The notes: generated by a model from the letters alone, not told the origin. 64,000 nucleotides of DNA from Candidatus Aldehydirespiratoraceae bacterium (GCA_047639555.1 JBLIOE010000010.1:20967-84966), one strand, 5' to 3'; positions 9,438-19,396 are shown, counted from the first letter of the stretch. Numbers and translations are program-made.

Positions 9438-10438
9438 GTTGCTCTCACTCTCGGGTCGAGCCATCCATAGAGGAGATCAACAAGGAAGTTGATCACCACA
9501 AACCCGACGGCGACGATCGAGATCAACGCAACGACCGTCGGTTGATCTTGGCGCAGCACCGAAGTTACCAGGAGGGCGCCGATGCCCTGAATGCCGAAGA
9601 TCTGCTCGATCACGAGCGAGCCGCCAATGAGGGCTCCGGTGTTCACACCAAAGACAGTGATGACGGAGAAGAGCGAGGGGCGCAGCGCGTGGCGGTACAT
9701 GATGTGGCGGGGCGGCATGCCCTTCGCCCGGGCCATGTGTACAAAGTCATCCTGCAGCGTGGTGATGAGGTCGGTTCGCAACAGCCGCTGATACGTGGCT
9801 GCGAGGCCGAGGCCGAGGGTGAAGGCGGGCAGCGTGAGCGCCTTGATCTGCGTGGGAATACTTCCGTCAGTGAAGGTGGACGGAAAGAGGTTCCAGCGAA
9901 AGCTGAAGGCGTAGAGGAGCACGACGCCGAGGGCAAAGTTGGGAATTGACAACAGGCCGAAAGAGCCGATCGTGCTCACTCGGTCGAAGCCTCGGTTGGC
10001 CCGCCGGGCCGTGGAAACCCCCCACGGAATTGCCAGCCCGAGGGCCACGATCTGGGCGTAGACCACCAGCTTGAGCGTCCGGGGCAGCCGCTGGCTGACC
10101 AGCTCGGAGATTTCAGTACCGCCAATGAGCGAGTTTCCGAAGTCCCCGCGAGCCATTTCTCCGACCCAAATTCCATAGCGAATCGGCACCGGCCGATCGA
10201 GGTTAAATTCCTCCTCGGCTTCGCGGACTAGCTCGCAGTCAGTTTTTCCGCCGCCGGCTGAGCTCGTATCGGGGAGCTCTCCCCGCTCGACGGCATCACA
10301 ATCGGTGCCGCCGATGATCGGACCCACGATGTTCTCCAGTGGGCTGCCGATCCAGTTCAACGATGCAAAGGTCGAGAACGTGACGGCAAAGAGGACAAGG
10401 ACCAGTTGTAATACGCGTTTAAATATGAAATTGCGCAT
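9434..10438 (-). CDS. ABC transporter permease (OppB/DppB-like)
   Basis: N-terminus MRNFIFKRVLQLVLVLF and a multi-TM permease pattern. Confidence 0.9.
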   Translation of the reverse strand: MRNFIFKRVLQLVLVLFAVTFSTFASLNWIGSPLENIVGPIIGGTDCDAVERGELPDTSSAGGGKTDCELVREAEEEFNLDRPVPIRYGIWVGEMARGDFGNSLIGGTEISELVSQRLPRTLKLVVYAQIVALGLAIPWGVSTARRANRGFDRVSTIGSFGLLSIPNFALGVVLLYAFSFRWNLFPSTFTDGSIPTQIKALTLPAFTLGLGLAATYQRLLRTDLITTLQDDFVHMARAKGMPPRHIMYRHALRPSLFSVITVFGVNTGALIGGSLVIEQIFGIQGIGALLVTSVLRQDQPTVVALISIVAVGFVVINFLVDLLYGWLDPRVRAT

Positions 10439-10507
10439 TAGGCGAGAGCTTTCTCGTTCATCAACTGGTCCCTGTCACTCCTCATCGTGATTGACTATTC
10501 CGGTGGG

Positions 10508-12247
10508 TTACTCGACCCAGGCGTTGTGGAGGAAGATGGAGCCACCGCTGTTACACATCACGAGTTCACCGTCAGGACCGGTGGTTCCACAGAGGTTCTT
10601 CACGTTGTCGTTGAATCCGACAACCCAGTTCGCGTGGGTCACGAAGATATAGGCGTAGGTGTCGTGCATGTCCTGCGCGATTTCCTGCCAAATGGCGATG
10701 CGCTCCGCCTCGTCGGTGGTTGCCCGCTGGGCAAACATCAACTCGTCACGTTCGGGGTTGCACACACGGACCCAGTTGAGGGCAATTCCCGCACCAGCGG
10801 TAGCGCACTCGAGCCAGATGACCTCGTTGTCCGGGTCAACAGCGCCGAACTGACGCCAGGTGACCACGTCGTACGCACCGAAGGCCACATCGGTGATGTG
10901 GGCGGTCTGGAGTAGCTCCTGACGGGTGACGTTGAAGTAGTCCTCCCATCCATTGATCAAAATGTCCATGACCAGAGTCTGGGTGACTGACGGTCCGGAG
11001 AACTGCAGCTCCATGTTGACCTTGCCGTTGGTGCACATGGGATCGCCCTGGGCGTTGACCGGGTCCTCAGAGCAGTACTCGGCGATGAGTGGAGCGGCGA
11101 GATCGGGCGTGTTGCCCTCCTGGACGACCTCGGGGTTGTGCCACTTGGAGCTGGGGTGGAACATCGAGTCGGCAAACGGCTTGGTGCCCTGGGCGATGAT
11201 GTCGAAATAACCCTGACGGTCAGCAGCAAAGGTGAGCGCCTGACGCACGCGGATGTCGTCCATCGGTGGGCGGGAGGTATTCATCATGATGTCGTCTTCA
11301 CCACCGAGGACGTTGGACGTGGTGGGAACATCATTGGCTTCCAACGTGAGCTGGGCTTCGGGGTTGCTCGTGGTCACCATGTCGAGTTCGCCGCTGCCGA
11401 CGCGCTCCGCCGAAATCACCGAGTCGGTGTTCGGGTAGACCTCGATGGCCGAAAGGTAGATGTCTTCGGTGCCCTGCCAGTAGCCGTCGAAGCGACTCAG
11501 CACGGTCTTCACACCAACCTCGCGTTCGGTGATCTCGAACGGGCCGGTGCCGACCGGGGTCTGGTCGAGGCTCTCGTCTTCCGCCTGCGCTTCGAGATAG
11601 GCCGGCGACGCAATGAAGCCGAGTTGACTCGTGAGGTTGACCGGGAAGTGAGCACTCGGACGGATCAGGTTGTAACGAATCGTGTATTCGTCGATGAGTT
11701 CCCAGCGGTTCTCTTCGGGGTAACTCGGCTTGACGGCCAGCGAGATCAACGGATCGGCGAGCGTGCGGTCGAAGTTGATACCCAGCGCCTCGGCGTTGAG
11801 TGGAGTGCCGTCGTGGAACGTGACGTCTTGGCGGACGGTAACGTCCCAGCTTGAGCCATCGCCAACAGGCTCAGCGCTCTCGGCGAGGAACGGGAACCAG
11901 TTGCCCTCGGTGTCCACATAGAACAGCGGGTCGTAGATGGCGTAGCCCATCATGTAGGCCGACTGGGCGAAGTTGTTGGCGGTGGGGTTCAGACCATCGG
12001 ACGGAGCTTCGACACCAACACGCAACACGCCGTCGCGAACGGGCTGCGGTCCCTCGGGTACGATTTCTTCAGTCGCGTCATCCTCGCCGACGGGGGCGTC
12101 GTCGACGGGGGCGTCGTCGACCGGGGTGATGTCAGAATCCGAGGGTGTGGCGTCGCTGTCATCGCCGCACGAAGCGGCGATAAGGGTGAACGCCACGAGC
12201 AGGGCGAGAATCTTCGCCAATACTGCACGTGTGGGACGGGTAGTCAT
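10508..12247 (-). CDS. ABC transporter substrate-binding lipoprotein, family 5 (peptide/nickel type)
   Basis: Lipoprotein signal ...LVAFTLIAASCGDD from ATG 12247, then a family-5 SBP-like body. It contains a 15-bp tandem duplication encoding DDAPVDDAPV. Confidence 0.9.
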   Translation of the reverse strand: MTTRPTRAVLAKILALLVAFTLIAASCGDDSDATPSDSDITPVDDAPVDDAPVGEDDATEEIVPEGPQPVRDGVLRVGVEAPSDGLNPTANNFAQSAYMMGYAIYDPLFYVDTEGNWFPFLAESAEPVGDGSSWDVTVRQDVTFHDGTPLNAEALGINFDRTLADPLISLAVKPSYPEENRWELIDEYTIRYNLIRPSAHFPVNLTSQLGFIASPAYLEAQAEDESLDQTPVGTGPFEITEREVGVKTVLSRFDGYWQGTEDIYLSAIEVYPNTDSVISAERVGSGELDMVTTSNPEAQLTLEANDVPTTSNVLGGEDDIMMNTSRPPMDDIRVRQALTFAADRQGYFDIIAQGTKPFADSMFHPSSKWHNPEVVQEGNTPDLAAPLIAEYCSEDPVNAQGDPMCTNGKVNMELQFSGPSVTQTLVMDILINGWEDYFNVTRQELLQTAHITDVAFGAYDVVTWRQFGAVDPDNEVIWLECATAGAGIALNWVRVCNPERDELMFAQRATTDEAERIAIWQEIAQDMHDTYAYIFVTHANWVVGFNDNVKNLCGTTGPDGELVMCNSGGSIFLHNAWVE

Positions 12248-12405
12248 GGGTGCTCCTCCAGGGGAAAACCAGTAGCTGTCGTGTGACTCGCGCCACAAGG
12301 TCTAGCACCATGGTTCATCTAGTGCCCCTCGTGCAAGCATTCGGCACGAGAACTTCATCCGCATTTCGGGTTCGTTGCGGCGGCAGAACCCCACAACCCT
12401 GCGGA

Positions 12406-13188
12406 TTAGGGGTGCTGGCTGCTCACCGACACCACTTCGCCTGTCATATAGCTCGAGAGATCGCTCGCGAGAAACACCATCACATTGGCGATTTCCCATG
12501 GTTCCGCGGCGCGGCCGAAGGCCTCGCGCTGCGAAAGTTCGTCGAGCAACGTCTCATCACTCACCTTGGCGAGGAAGGCGTGCATGGCGATGCTGGGCGC
12601 CACCGCGTTGATCCGGATGCCGAATTCGGCCGCCTCGATCGCGGAGCATCGAGTGAGTGCCATCACGCCGGCCTTGGCGGCGGCGTAGTGACATTGCTCG
12701 TCCTGCGCCCGCCAGCCGACGACGGAGGCGTTGTTGACAATGGCGCCCTCGATACCGGCGTCGATCATGTGGCGCAGCACCGCGCGGGTGCAGCGCATCG
12801 TGCCGTCGAGGGTGACCCCGAGCACGGCGCTCCACTGCTGGTCGGTCATGTCAACCAGTCGGACCGACCCGCCGAGACCGGCATTGTTCATCATCACGTC
12901 GATGCCGCCCATGCCGTCGACCGCAGCGGCCACGAGCGCCTGCACGTCGTCTTCCTCAGTGACATTGCAGATCTGGGTGAGGGGACGCGAGCCCGTCTCC
13001 TCGGCCAAACGATCGGCAGTCTCAGAGAGGCGGCGCTCGTGGATGTCGGAGATCAGGACCGACGCACCTTCGAGCAACGCTCGTTTGGCGACGGCCGAGC
13101 CGATCCCGGTGCCCGCGGCTGCGGTAACCACAACCCGCTTCCCCGCCAGGAGATTGCGCCCTTCGGGTTCTTCCGGAATCGACGGCAT
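12406..13188 (-). CDS. SDR family oxidoreductase
   Basis: TAAAGTGIGSA cofactor motif, NNAG, and the YAAAK catalytic motif. Confidence 0.9.
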   Translation of the reverse strand: MPSIPEEPEGRNLLAGKRVVVTAAAGTGIGSAVAKRALLEGASVLISDIHERRLSETADRLAEETGSRPLTQICNVTEEDDVQALVAAAVDGMGGIDVMMNNAGLGGSVRLVDMTDQQWSAVLGVTLDGTMRCTRAVLRHMIDAGIEGAIVNNASVVGWRAQDEQCHYAAAKAGVMALTRCSAIEAAEFGIRINAVAPSIAMHAFLAKVSDETLLDELSQREAFGRAAEPWEIANVMVFLASDLSSYMTGEVVSVSSQHP

Positions 13189-13190
13189 CG

Positions 13191-14159
13191 TCAGGCCTTC
13201 TTCTCTTGATTGGGCTTCTCTTGATTGGGCTTCTCTTGATTGGGCTTCTCTTGGGCGGCCATATCGGCCATGCGGCGCTCAAGGTCTTCGATAAAGGGGT
13301 TGGGCTCTTGGCCGACGGTGGCGGGCAGCATGTTGGCAATCTCTGCGGGCGTCCATTGGTCGCCGCCTGCCCACATGGTGCGCAACTCTCGGGGCTGGTT
13401 CCAGACAGAGATCCGCCGGCCGATCACGGTGTACACCTGGGCGTTGACCTCGCGGCCGGCATCGCTCAGGAGATAGATGGCCATCGGGGCAATGTCGCCC
13501 GGCTCGCCGGTCTCGATCTCGAACGGCACGTTCTCGCTCATGCGGGTCTTGGCGACCGGAGCGATGCAGTTGGCGTTGATCGACGGGCCCCCGCGGAGCT
13601 TGATACTCGCCGCGGTCATGGCGGCGGAGCGGGTGAGGCTGACGATGCCACCCTTGGCCGCGCTGTAGTTCGGCTGGGCGGTGGACGCGGTGAACGCTCC
13701 TGAGGTGAAACCAACGAGCGAGCCGCCGGTCTCCTGCTTGCGCATCCGGGCGAAGGCGGCGCGATAGACGTTGAAGTGGCCCTTGAGGTGAACGGCGACG
13801 ACATGGTCCCATTCGTCTTCGCTCATGTTGAAGAGCATGCGCTCGCGCAACACGCCAGCGGGGCAGACCACACCGTCGATCGAGCCCCAGTTGTCGACCG
13901 CAGCGGCCACAACGGCTTCGCCGACGTCGAACTTCGAGATATCACCAGCCACAGCGACGGCCTTGCCGCCGGCCGCTTTGATCTCGGCGACGGCAGCATC
14001 CGCCACATCGCTCGACGGGTCGCTGCCGTCCATGCTCACGCCATAGTCGGCAACAACGATGTTGGCGCCTTCGGCTGCTGCGGCGAGGGCGATGGCCTTG
14101 CCGATTCCGGCGCCGCCGCCAGTGATTGCGATGTTCTTGCCTTCGAGAAATCCGGCCAC
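13191..14159 (-). CDS. SDR family oxidoreductase with C-terminal extension and QEKPN repeat tail
   Basis: TGGGAGIGKA and YSAAK motifs. There is an extension of roughly 60-70 aa beyond the SDR core that ends in (QEKPN)x3-QEKKA. Confidence 0.9.
   Translation of the reverse strand: MAGFLEGKNIAITGGGAGIGKAIALAAAAEGANIVVADYGVSMDGSDPSSDVADAAVAEIKAAGGKAVAVAGDISKFDVGEAVVAAAVDNWGSIDGVVCPAGVLRERMLFNMSEDEWDHVVAVHLKGHFNVYRAAFARMRKQETGGSLVGFTSGAFTASTAQPNYSAAKGGIVSLTRSAAMTAASIKLRGGPSINANCIAPVAKTRMSENVPFEIETGEPGDIAPMAIYLLSDAGREVNAQVYTVIGRRISVWNQPRELRTMWAGGDQWTPAEIANMLPATVGQEPNPFIEDLERRMADMAAQEKPNQEKPNQEKPNQEKKA
13200..13255. repeat. 15-bp tandem repeat (3.7 copies) inside the 3' end of the SDR gene
   Basis: cttctcttgattggg is repeated head to tail. 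On the minus strand it encodes QEKPN repeats. Confidence 0.9.
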
Positions 14160-14258
14160 AGCCGTGCGCTCCAGTATGTAGAGGTCCCGGGCAACACCCG
14201 GACTGAGATGAAGCCAAGACCCTACCGATCGCGACCACTAGACGGAAAAGTCAGCCAT

Positions 14259-14319
14259 CCCCTTGATCTATGAAGCCTGAGTCGCGCTATGCGCGACTCA
14301 GGCTTCATAGATTGAGGGG
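14259..14319. repeat. REP-like palindromic element, copy 1
   Basis: Arms of 29 nt with 2 mismatches around a TAT loop. The core is TGAAGCCTGAGTCGCGC-TAT-GCGCGACTCAGGCTTCA. It lies in a divergent promoter spacer. Confidence 0.85.
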
Positions 14320-14446
14320 CGGGTGGAAGCAGTCACCGCGCGTGACCGGTTTTCTCACCGCGCGTCACGAGTATCCGCGTCCAGCGCGACTGTTCGCTCT
14401 AACTTGTCGGCGGGCTGGAGTACCCACCGACGCAGGAGAAACAGGC

Positions 14447-16618
14447 GTGAACCACGAGCGCGAGAACGCGACCGTGACCGGCGACCGATCCCGCGCCGAC
14501 GTGCTCGCGCGTCTGGCTCGGCTGACCGATCCCGATATCGACGATCTCACCAGAACCCTCGACGCCCGTGTGGCGCTCGACCAACTCGGCGGCCCCGCAC
14601 TGCTCGTCGATCTCGACGGCACGGTGCTCGATGCCAACGAACAACTTGTGGGTTTAGGAATCGAACGCAACCACGTCCGCGGCCGCGCCCTCTGGGCTGC
14701 ACCCGTATGGGAAACCGGCGATGCCTCCGCGACCCTGGCACCACTCGTCGCGGCGGGCGCCGAGGACCGAGCGGGCCAGCGCACGATCGACATCGCCGGC
14801 ACCACCCCCCGACCCGGGCGCGTCTCACTCACCCCCGTGCACGACGACAACCGATCGGTGGTCGTCTTGCTCGTCGAGCTCCGTGCTCTCGCCGATAGCC
14901 GCGAAACCGACGCCCTCATCGAGGCCACCACTCAGGCCCTCGCCGCCGCGGAAGACATCTTCCGGGCCGTCGCCGAACACACGTCCGACCTGGTGTGCCT
15001 TCACGATCCATCGGGCACATTCACCTATGTGTCGCCCAGCTGCCGCCGTCTCCTCGATCTCGACCCCGCCTCGCTCACCGGCACCCACCCCGTCGATATC
15101 GCCCACGCCGGCACCCGCGATGCCCTCGTACAGGCCATCCACGACGCCGGCCGCCGCGGCTCCGAGCCCACCCGCTTTCGCCACCGCCTCCGTCATCGCA
15201 ATGGCGGCTTCCGCTGGTTCGAAACGGCGATCACGCCGATCCTCGCGCCCGACGGCACCGTCCGGCAGCTGCAGAGCTCCAGCCGTGACATCACCGAACA
15301 GCGAGAGACCGAACAGAGCCTGATCAAGCAGGCGTTCCACGACGAGCTCACCGGGCTACCCAACAAGGCCCTACTCATCGATCGTATGAGCCATGCCCTC
15401 GCCGTCAGCGAGCGCTCTAATCAGCCGATCGGCGTGCTGTTCATCGACCTCGATGGCTTCAAGACCATCAACGACACTCTCGGCCATCAGGTCGGCGACA
15501 CCGCGCTGAGCAAGGTCGCCGAGCGCCTCACCGCAATCGTGCGCCCCGGCGACACGTTGGCCCGCATCGGCGGCGACGAGTTTGTGATGTTGTGTGCCGG
15601 CACCGACGGCGCCCGCGGTGCCACCGCCGTCGCCCGTCGGATCCTCGATGCCTTTGCCCAGCCCTTCGTGCTCGAAGGCCGAGAGATCAGCATTAGCGCC
15701 TCGATCGGTATCGCTACCTCGATGGGTTCTGAAGATCCCAGTCGCATCATCGACAATGCCGACACTGCGATGTACGAGGCCAAACACGAAGGCCGCGGCC
15801 GGTTCGCGATCCACGACGAGCTCGACCAGTCGCTCGCCCTCGAGCGCATCGACACCGAGGAAGCCCTCCGTCGAGCAGTCGACAACGACGAGCTCCGCCT
15901 CCACTACCAGCCCGAGCTGGATCTGGAGTCGGGCAGCATCGTCGGCTTCGAAGCACTCGTTCGCTGGCAGCGGCCCGACGGCCGCCTCATTCCGCCCGGC
16001 GACTTCATTCCACTAGCCGAAGAGACCGGGATCATCGTCGAGATCGGCCGATGGGTCATCGCCGAGGCATGCCGACAAGCCGCGAAGTGGCGGGTCTACC
16101 GCACACCCGAACAGGAGCCCGTCCGAATCTGGGTCAACCTCTCGGCCCGTCAGCTGGGGGACCCCGACCTCGTGCCCTACGTCGAGCGCACCGTCGCGGC
16201 GGCCGGCATCACCACCGACGAGATCTGTCTCGAAATCACCGAGTCCGCGCTGATGGACGATGAGCAGGCGGCCACCGAACAACTCGACGAGCTTCGCCGC
16301 CTCGGCATCAGCCTTGGTATCGACGACTTCGGCACCGGCTACTCCCAGTTCGCGTATCTGCAGCGACTGCCGCTCGACGTTCTGAAGATCGACCGCTCGT
16401 TCGTATCCGGCCTCGCGTCCGACCACGCCTCAGCGACGATTGTCGCCGCGATTATTGATCTCGCCCATGCGCTCGGACTCATCGTGATCGCCGAGGGCGT
16501 CGAGACAGAAGAACAGCTCTCGGTGTTGCGCGAACTCGACTGCGACCAAGCACTCGGCTTCTTGTTCTCCAAACCACTCGAGCCTGCGGCGTTCGACCAC
16601 GCGCTCAGCTGCGGGTGA
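14447..16618 (+). CDS. PAS-PAS-GGDEF-EAL signalling protein (diguanylate cyclase/phosphodiesterase)
   Basis: Intact RIGGDEF, plus EALVRW and DDFGTG EAL motifs. I chose GTG 14447, which has GGAGA about 9 nt upstream. The ORF-track start at 14270 lies inside the palindrome. Confidence 0.9.
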   Translation: MNHERENATVTGDRSRADVLARLARLTDPDIDDLTRTLDARVALDQLGGPALLVDLDGTVLDANEQLVGLGIERNHVRGRALWAAPVWETGDASATLAPLVAAGAEDRAGQRTIDIAGTTPRPGRVSLTPVHDDNRSVVVLLVELRALADSRETDALIEATTQALAAAEDIFRAVAEHTSDLVCLHDPSGTFTYVSPSCRRLLDLDPASLTGTHPVDIAHAGTRDALVQAIHDAGRRGSEPTRFRHRLRHRNGGFRWFETAITPILAPDGTVRQLQSSSRDITEQRETEQSLIKQAFHDELTGLPNKALLIDRMSHALAVSERSNQPIGVLFIDLDGFKTINDTLGHQVGDTALSKVAERLTAIVRPGDTLARIGGDEFVMLCAGTDGARGATAVARRILDAFAQPFVLEGREISISASIGIATSMGSEDPSRIIDNADTAMYEAKHEGRGRFAIHDELDQSLALERIDTEEALRRAVDNDELRLHYQPELDLESGSIVGFEALVRWQRPDGRLIPPGDFIPLAEETGIIVEIGRWVIAEACRQAAKWRVYRTPEQEPVRIWVNLSARQLGDPDLVPYVERTVAAAGITTDEICLEITESALMDDEQAATEQLDELRRLGISLGIDDFGTGYSQFAYLQRLPLDVLKIDRSFVSGLASDHASATIVAAIIDLAHALGLIVIAEGVETEEQLSVLRELDCDQALGFLFSKPLEPAAFDHALSCG

Positions 16619-16629
16619 CTACCGGGGCG

Positions 16630-17235
16630 TTAAGCCCCGACGCGAGCACCGACCAACATCTGCACGGCGTGGCGAAGTTCACTTGCGACGCTGCCCTCGG
16701 GCGCGAGCCCGCCCACCCAGCGGCTGATCGCCGAGAGCCACACATGGCCGATCACCCGGGCGACACCAGCGGCATCGATTCCCGGTTCGTCGCCGATCGC
16801 GGCGACGATGAGCCGACGGACCGCTGAGTCCACCTGCAGCTTGTATTCGGCGGCTGCCGCATCGGGGGTGCTCATCGCGGTGATGAGCGCTTCCATCAGA
16901 ACCGGGGCACCGTCGGAGGCGCCGGCGGCCCGGTCGAGCACCGAGGTCAACCGCTCGGCGGGGCTGTCGCCGTGGGCGGGATCGTCTTCCACGGCCAGAC
17001 TCACCATATGGACCCACCCGGCGAGTCCGGCCAACAGCAGATCGTCCTTGCCCTTGAAGTAGCGATAGATCGTGCCCATCGAGACATCGGCTCGTTCGGC
17101 GACCGCCCGCATCTGCACCGCGTCGTAGCCGCCTTCGTGGGCGAGGTACATCGCAGCCTCGACGACACGGGTGCGTCGGGCCGCTTTACCTTCCGCACCT
17201 CGTTCGGGGCGCTCGACGTCGGGGCTCATTGCCAT
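16630..17235 (-). CDS. TetR family transcriptional regulator
   Basis: N-terminal HTH ...YDAVQMRAVAERADVSMGTIYRYFKGKDDLL. Confidence 0.9.
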   Translation of the reverse strand: MAMSPDVERPERGAEGKAARRTRVVEAAMYLAHEGGYDAVQMRAVAERADVSMGTIYRYFKGKDDLLLAGLAGWVHMVSLAVEDDPAHGDSPAERLTSVLDRAAGASDGAPVLMEALITAMSTPDAAAAEYKLQVDSAVRRLIVAAIGDEPGIDAAGVARVIGHVWLSAISRWVGGLAPEGSVASELRHAVQMLVGARVGA

Positions 17236-17309
17236 GGGCGGGCATTGTTACCGGCTTCGCGCCGAGAGATGAAATCCGTGCGGGCCGCCGGGCAAGTACG
17301 CTCTACAAA

Positions 17310-17957
17310 ATGTCAGGCGGCTTTCTCGAGGTCTTGGGTCCAGCGGCGCCCGCGTGGCGCCAGAAGATGGTTCGTCGACGTTACGGAAAAGACGAACCGA
17401 TCTTCCATGAGGGAGAAGCCGGCGACACCTTCCATGTGATCGACAAGGGTCGAGTGCTGATCGAGGTCTCGACCGCTCGCGGCGACGTCGCCGCCCTCGG
17501 CGTGCGGGGCCCGGGCGAAGTTCTCGGCGAGCTCGCCATTGTCGGCGCAGGCCGTCGTACGGCCAAGGTCACTGCCCTTGAGCCCACAGAAACGCTCGCT
17601 CTCACACGGGCCACTCTCGACGAGATGCGGCGCGCCGACCCGAACGTCGACCAACGCCTCTTGCAAATCCTGGCCGCCCGTCTCCAGGAGACCATGGATC
17701 AGCTCATGGAGGTGCTCTTCATCTCCGTAGAGACCCGGGTGCTCCGAGTGCTCCTCCGTCTGGCCGAGGCATTCGACTCAAATACCACGCCAATAATTGT
17801 TCGGGTCCGACAAGAAGACATCGCCGCTATGGCCGGCACTCGTCGCCAGACAGCAAACCGCCCCCTCAAAGCCGCGGAGGCCAAGGGGGCGATCAAGATC
17901 GGGCGAGGGCGGATCGAAATAGTCGACCTCGCCCTCCTCCAAAGTCTGGCGGAGTAG
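17310..17957 (+). CDS. Crp/Fnr family transcriptional regulator
   Basis: cNMP-binding beta-barrel (GEVLGELAI..GRRTAKVTA) followed by a C-terminal HTH (RQEDIAAMAGTRRQTANRPLK). Start taken at ATG 17310. Confidence 0.85.
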   Translation: MSGGFLEVLGPAAPAWRQKMVRRRYGKDEPIFHEGEAGDTFHVIDKGRVLIEVSTARGDVAALGVRGPGEVLGELAIVGAGRRTAKVTALEPTETLALTRATLDEMRRADPNVDQRLLQILAARLQETMDQLMEVLFISVETRVLRVLLRLAEAFDSNTTPIIVRVRQEDIAAMAGTRRQTANRPLKAAEAKGAIKIGRGRIEIVDLALLQSLAE

Positions 17958-17970
17958 CTCAGCGCTACTC
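17952..17970. terminator. short hairpin built from the two convergent stop codons (Crp TAG, flotillin TAG)
   Basis: GAGTAGC-tcagc-GCTACTC. The 7-bp stem contains both stops. Confidence 0.4.
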
Positions 17971-19296
17971 GGCGTCGCCCCCCGGCGGGGCTGGCGGAGG
18001 CGGCAGCTCGGACGACGACCTGTCAGTCGCATCGGTAGCCGCAACGTCGGATCGCATTGCCCCGAGGATGTCGACTCCGGTGGCTGCGCTGATCTGCTCA
18101 CTCAAGCTCACGACTGCGCCAGGTAGCTGGGCAACCAGCCCGGGGATCCCACCGGCGCCGTGACCGCCGCCATTGTCAACAACGGCAATGCGATCGATAT
18201 CGATGTTGCTCACCGTGGACGTGATCTTGTCGACGAGCTCCGGGAGCATGTTGAGTACGAAGATGCGCTGACCGTCGGCGCCTGCCGCCTTGTACTGATC
18301 GGTGAGGAGCCGGAACACTTCAACCTGGGCCTTACCATCCTCGACGATCTTGGCAGCATCAGCCTGCGCTTCGAGCTGCTTTGCTTCGAGGTTCGCTTTG
18401 GCCGGAGTGACGACATTGGCTTCGAGACGCCGACGCTCCAACTCGATGCGCTGTTGCTCGAGTTCTTGCTCGGCAACGGCGCGAGCAATGTCGCCGGCCA
18501 CGGCCGCTTCCTCTTCCTTCGCCCGGGCGATGGCATCGAGCTCGGCCGTTCGCACTCGGAGCATGTTGCGCTCCTCGACGATGGCTTTGTCGGCTTGCAC
18601 GCTGGCAATCTGGGCGAGCTCGCGAGCCTTCGCTTCTGCCCGCTCGGACTCCGACTGACGGCTCGCCTCGGCGACACGCGCTTCCTTGATGACTTCAGCA
18701 GTCAGGCGGCGACCGACCGACTCAAGGTAGAGGTTGTCGTCGGTGACGTTCTGGATCTTCATGACGTCGAGGTCGAGACCGAGGGTCTTGATGTCGTCGT
18801 CGGCCTCGTCGATGAGTTGCTGCGAGAACTTCAGCCGATCCTCGTTGACCTCTTCGGGTGACAACGTGGCGAGTACGCCACGAAGGTTGGCCTCGAGCGT
18901 CTCCTTCGCGATTTGTCCGATCGTGGCGTTCGGGACGTTCAAGAACCGTTCTGCGGCGTTCTCTAACACACCTTCCTTGCTGGAGATCTTCACGTTGGCG
19001 ATGCCCTGAACATTCAGCGGAATGGTGCCTTTTGAGTACGCGTTAGTGACCGAGACCTCGAGCGGGATCGTGTTGAGATCCATCCACGCGACGGTTTCAA
19101 AGATCGGCGTCTTGTAGGCCCGGCCGCCCTTGATGATCCGGTAGCCGACGGTTCGCCCATCGGACAACACCCGCTTGCGGCCCGTAATAATGGCCACCCG
19201 GTTGGGCGGGCAGATCACGAGGACCGAGTTCACGATCGCCAGCATTGCTAGCAACACAAATACGACAACGAGTCCCGCGCCGATGAAGAATTCCAT
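17965..19296 (-). CDS. flotillin / SPFH (band 7) domain protein
   Basis: N-terminal TM helix, an SPFH-like domain, then a long Ala/Glu/Arg-rich coiled coil typical of flotillins. Confidence 0.9.
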   Translation of the reverse strand: MEFFIGAGLVVVFVLLAMLAIVNSVLVICPPNRVAIITGRKRVLSDGRTVGYRIIKGGRAYKTPIFETVAWMDLNTIPLEVSVTNAYSKGTIPLNVQGIANVKISSKEGVLENAAERFLNVPNATIGQIAKETLEANLRGVLATLSPEEVNEDRLKFSQQLIDEADDDIKTLGLDLDVMKIQNVTDDNLYLESVGRRLTAEVIKEARVAEASRQSESERAEAKARELAQIASVQADKAIVEERNMLRVRTAELDAIARAKEEEAAVAGDIARAVAEQELEQQRIELERRRLEANVVTPAKANLEAKQLEAQADAAKIVEDGKAQVEVFRLLTDQYKAAGADGQRIFVLNMLPELVDKITSTVSNIDIDRIAVVDNGGGHGAGGIPGLVAQLPGAVVSLSEQISAATGVDILGAMRSDVAATDATDRSSSELPPPPAPPGGDAE

Positions 19297-19396
19297 TTCG
19301 CTTATTCCTTCTGCGTCGAGGACGCATCAACACGACAACGAACGCCGCCGCGACTTTTCCTTGATTCGAACGAATGTGGAACCGCTGAGCGACCCA

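Noticed and set aside
12248-12405. Hairpin CTCGTGC-N9-GCACGAG between the SDR operon and the peptide-transporter operon, considered as a terminator
   Set aside because: The stem is only 7 bp and has no U-tract on the transcribed strand. The evidence is too weak to list as a feature.
14270-14446. ORF-track start (MKPESRYARLRLHRL...) for the GGDEF-EAL protein
   Set aside because: These codons are the palindromic REP-like element itself, read as protein. The first plausible start with an RBS is GTG 14447.
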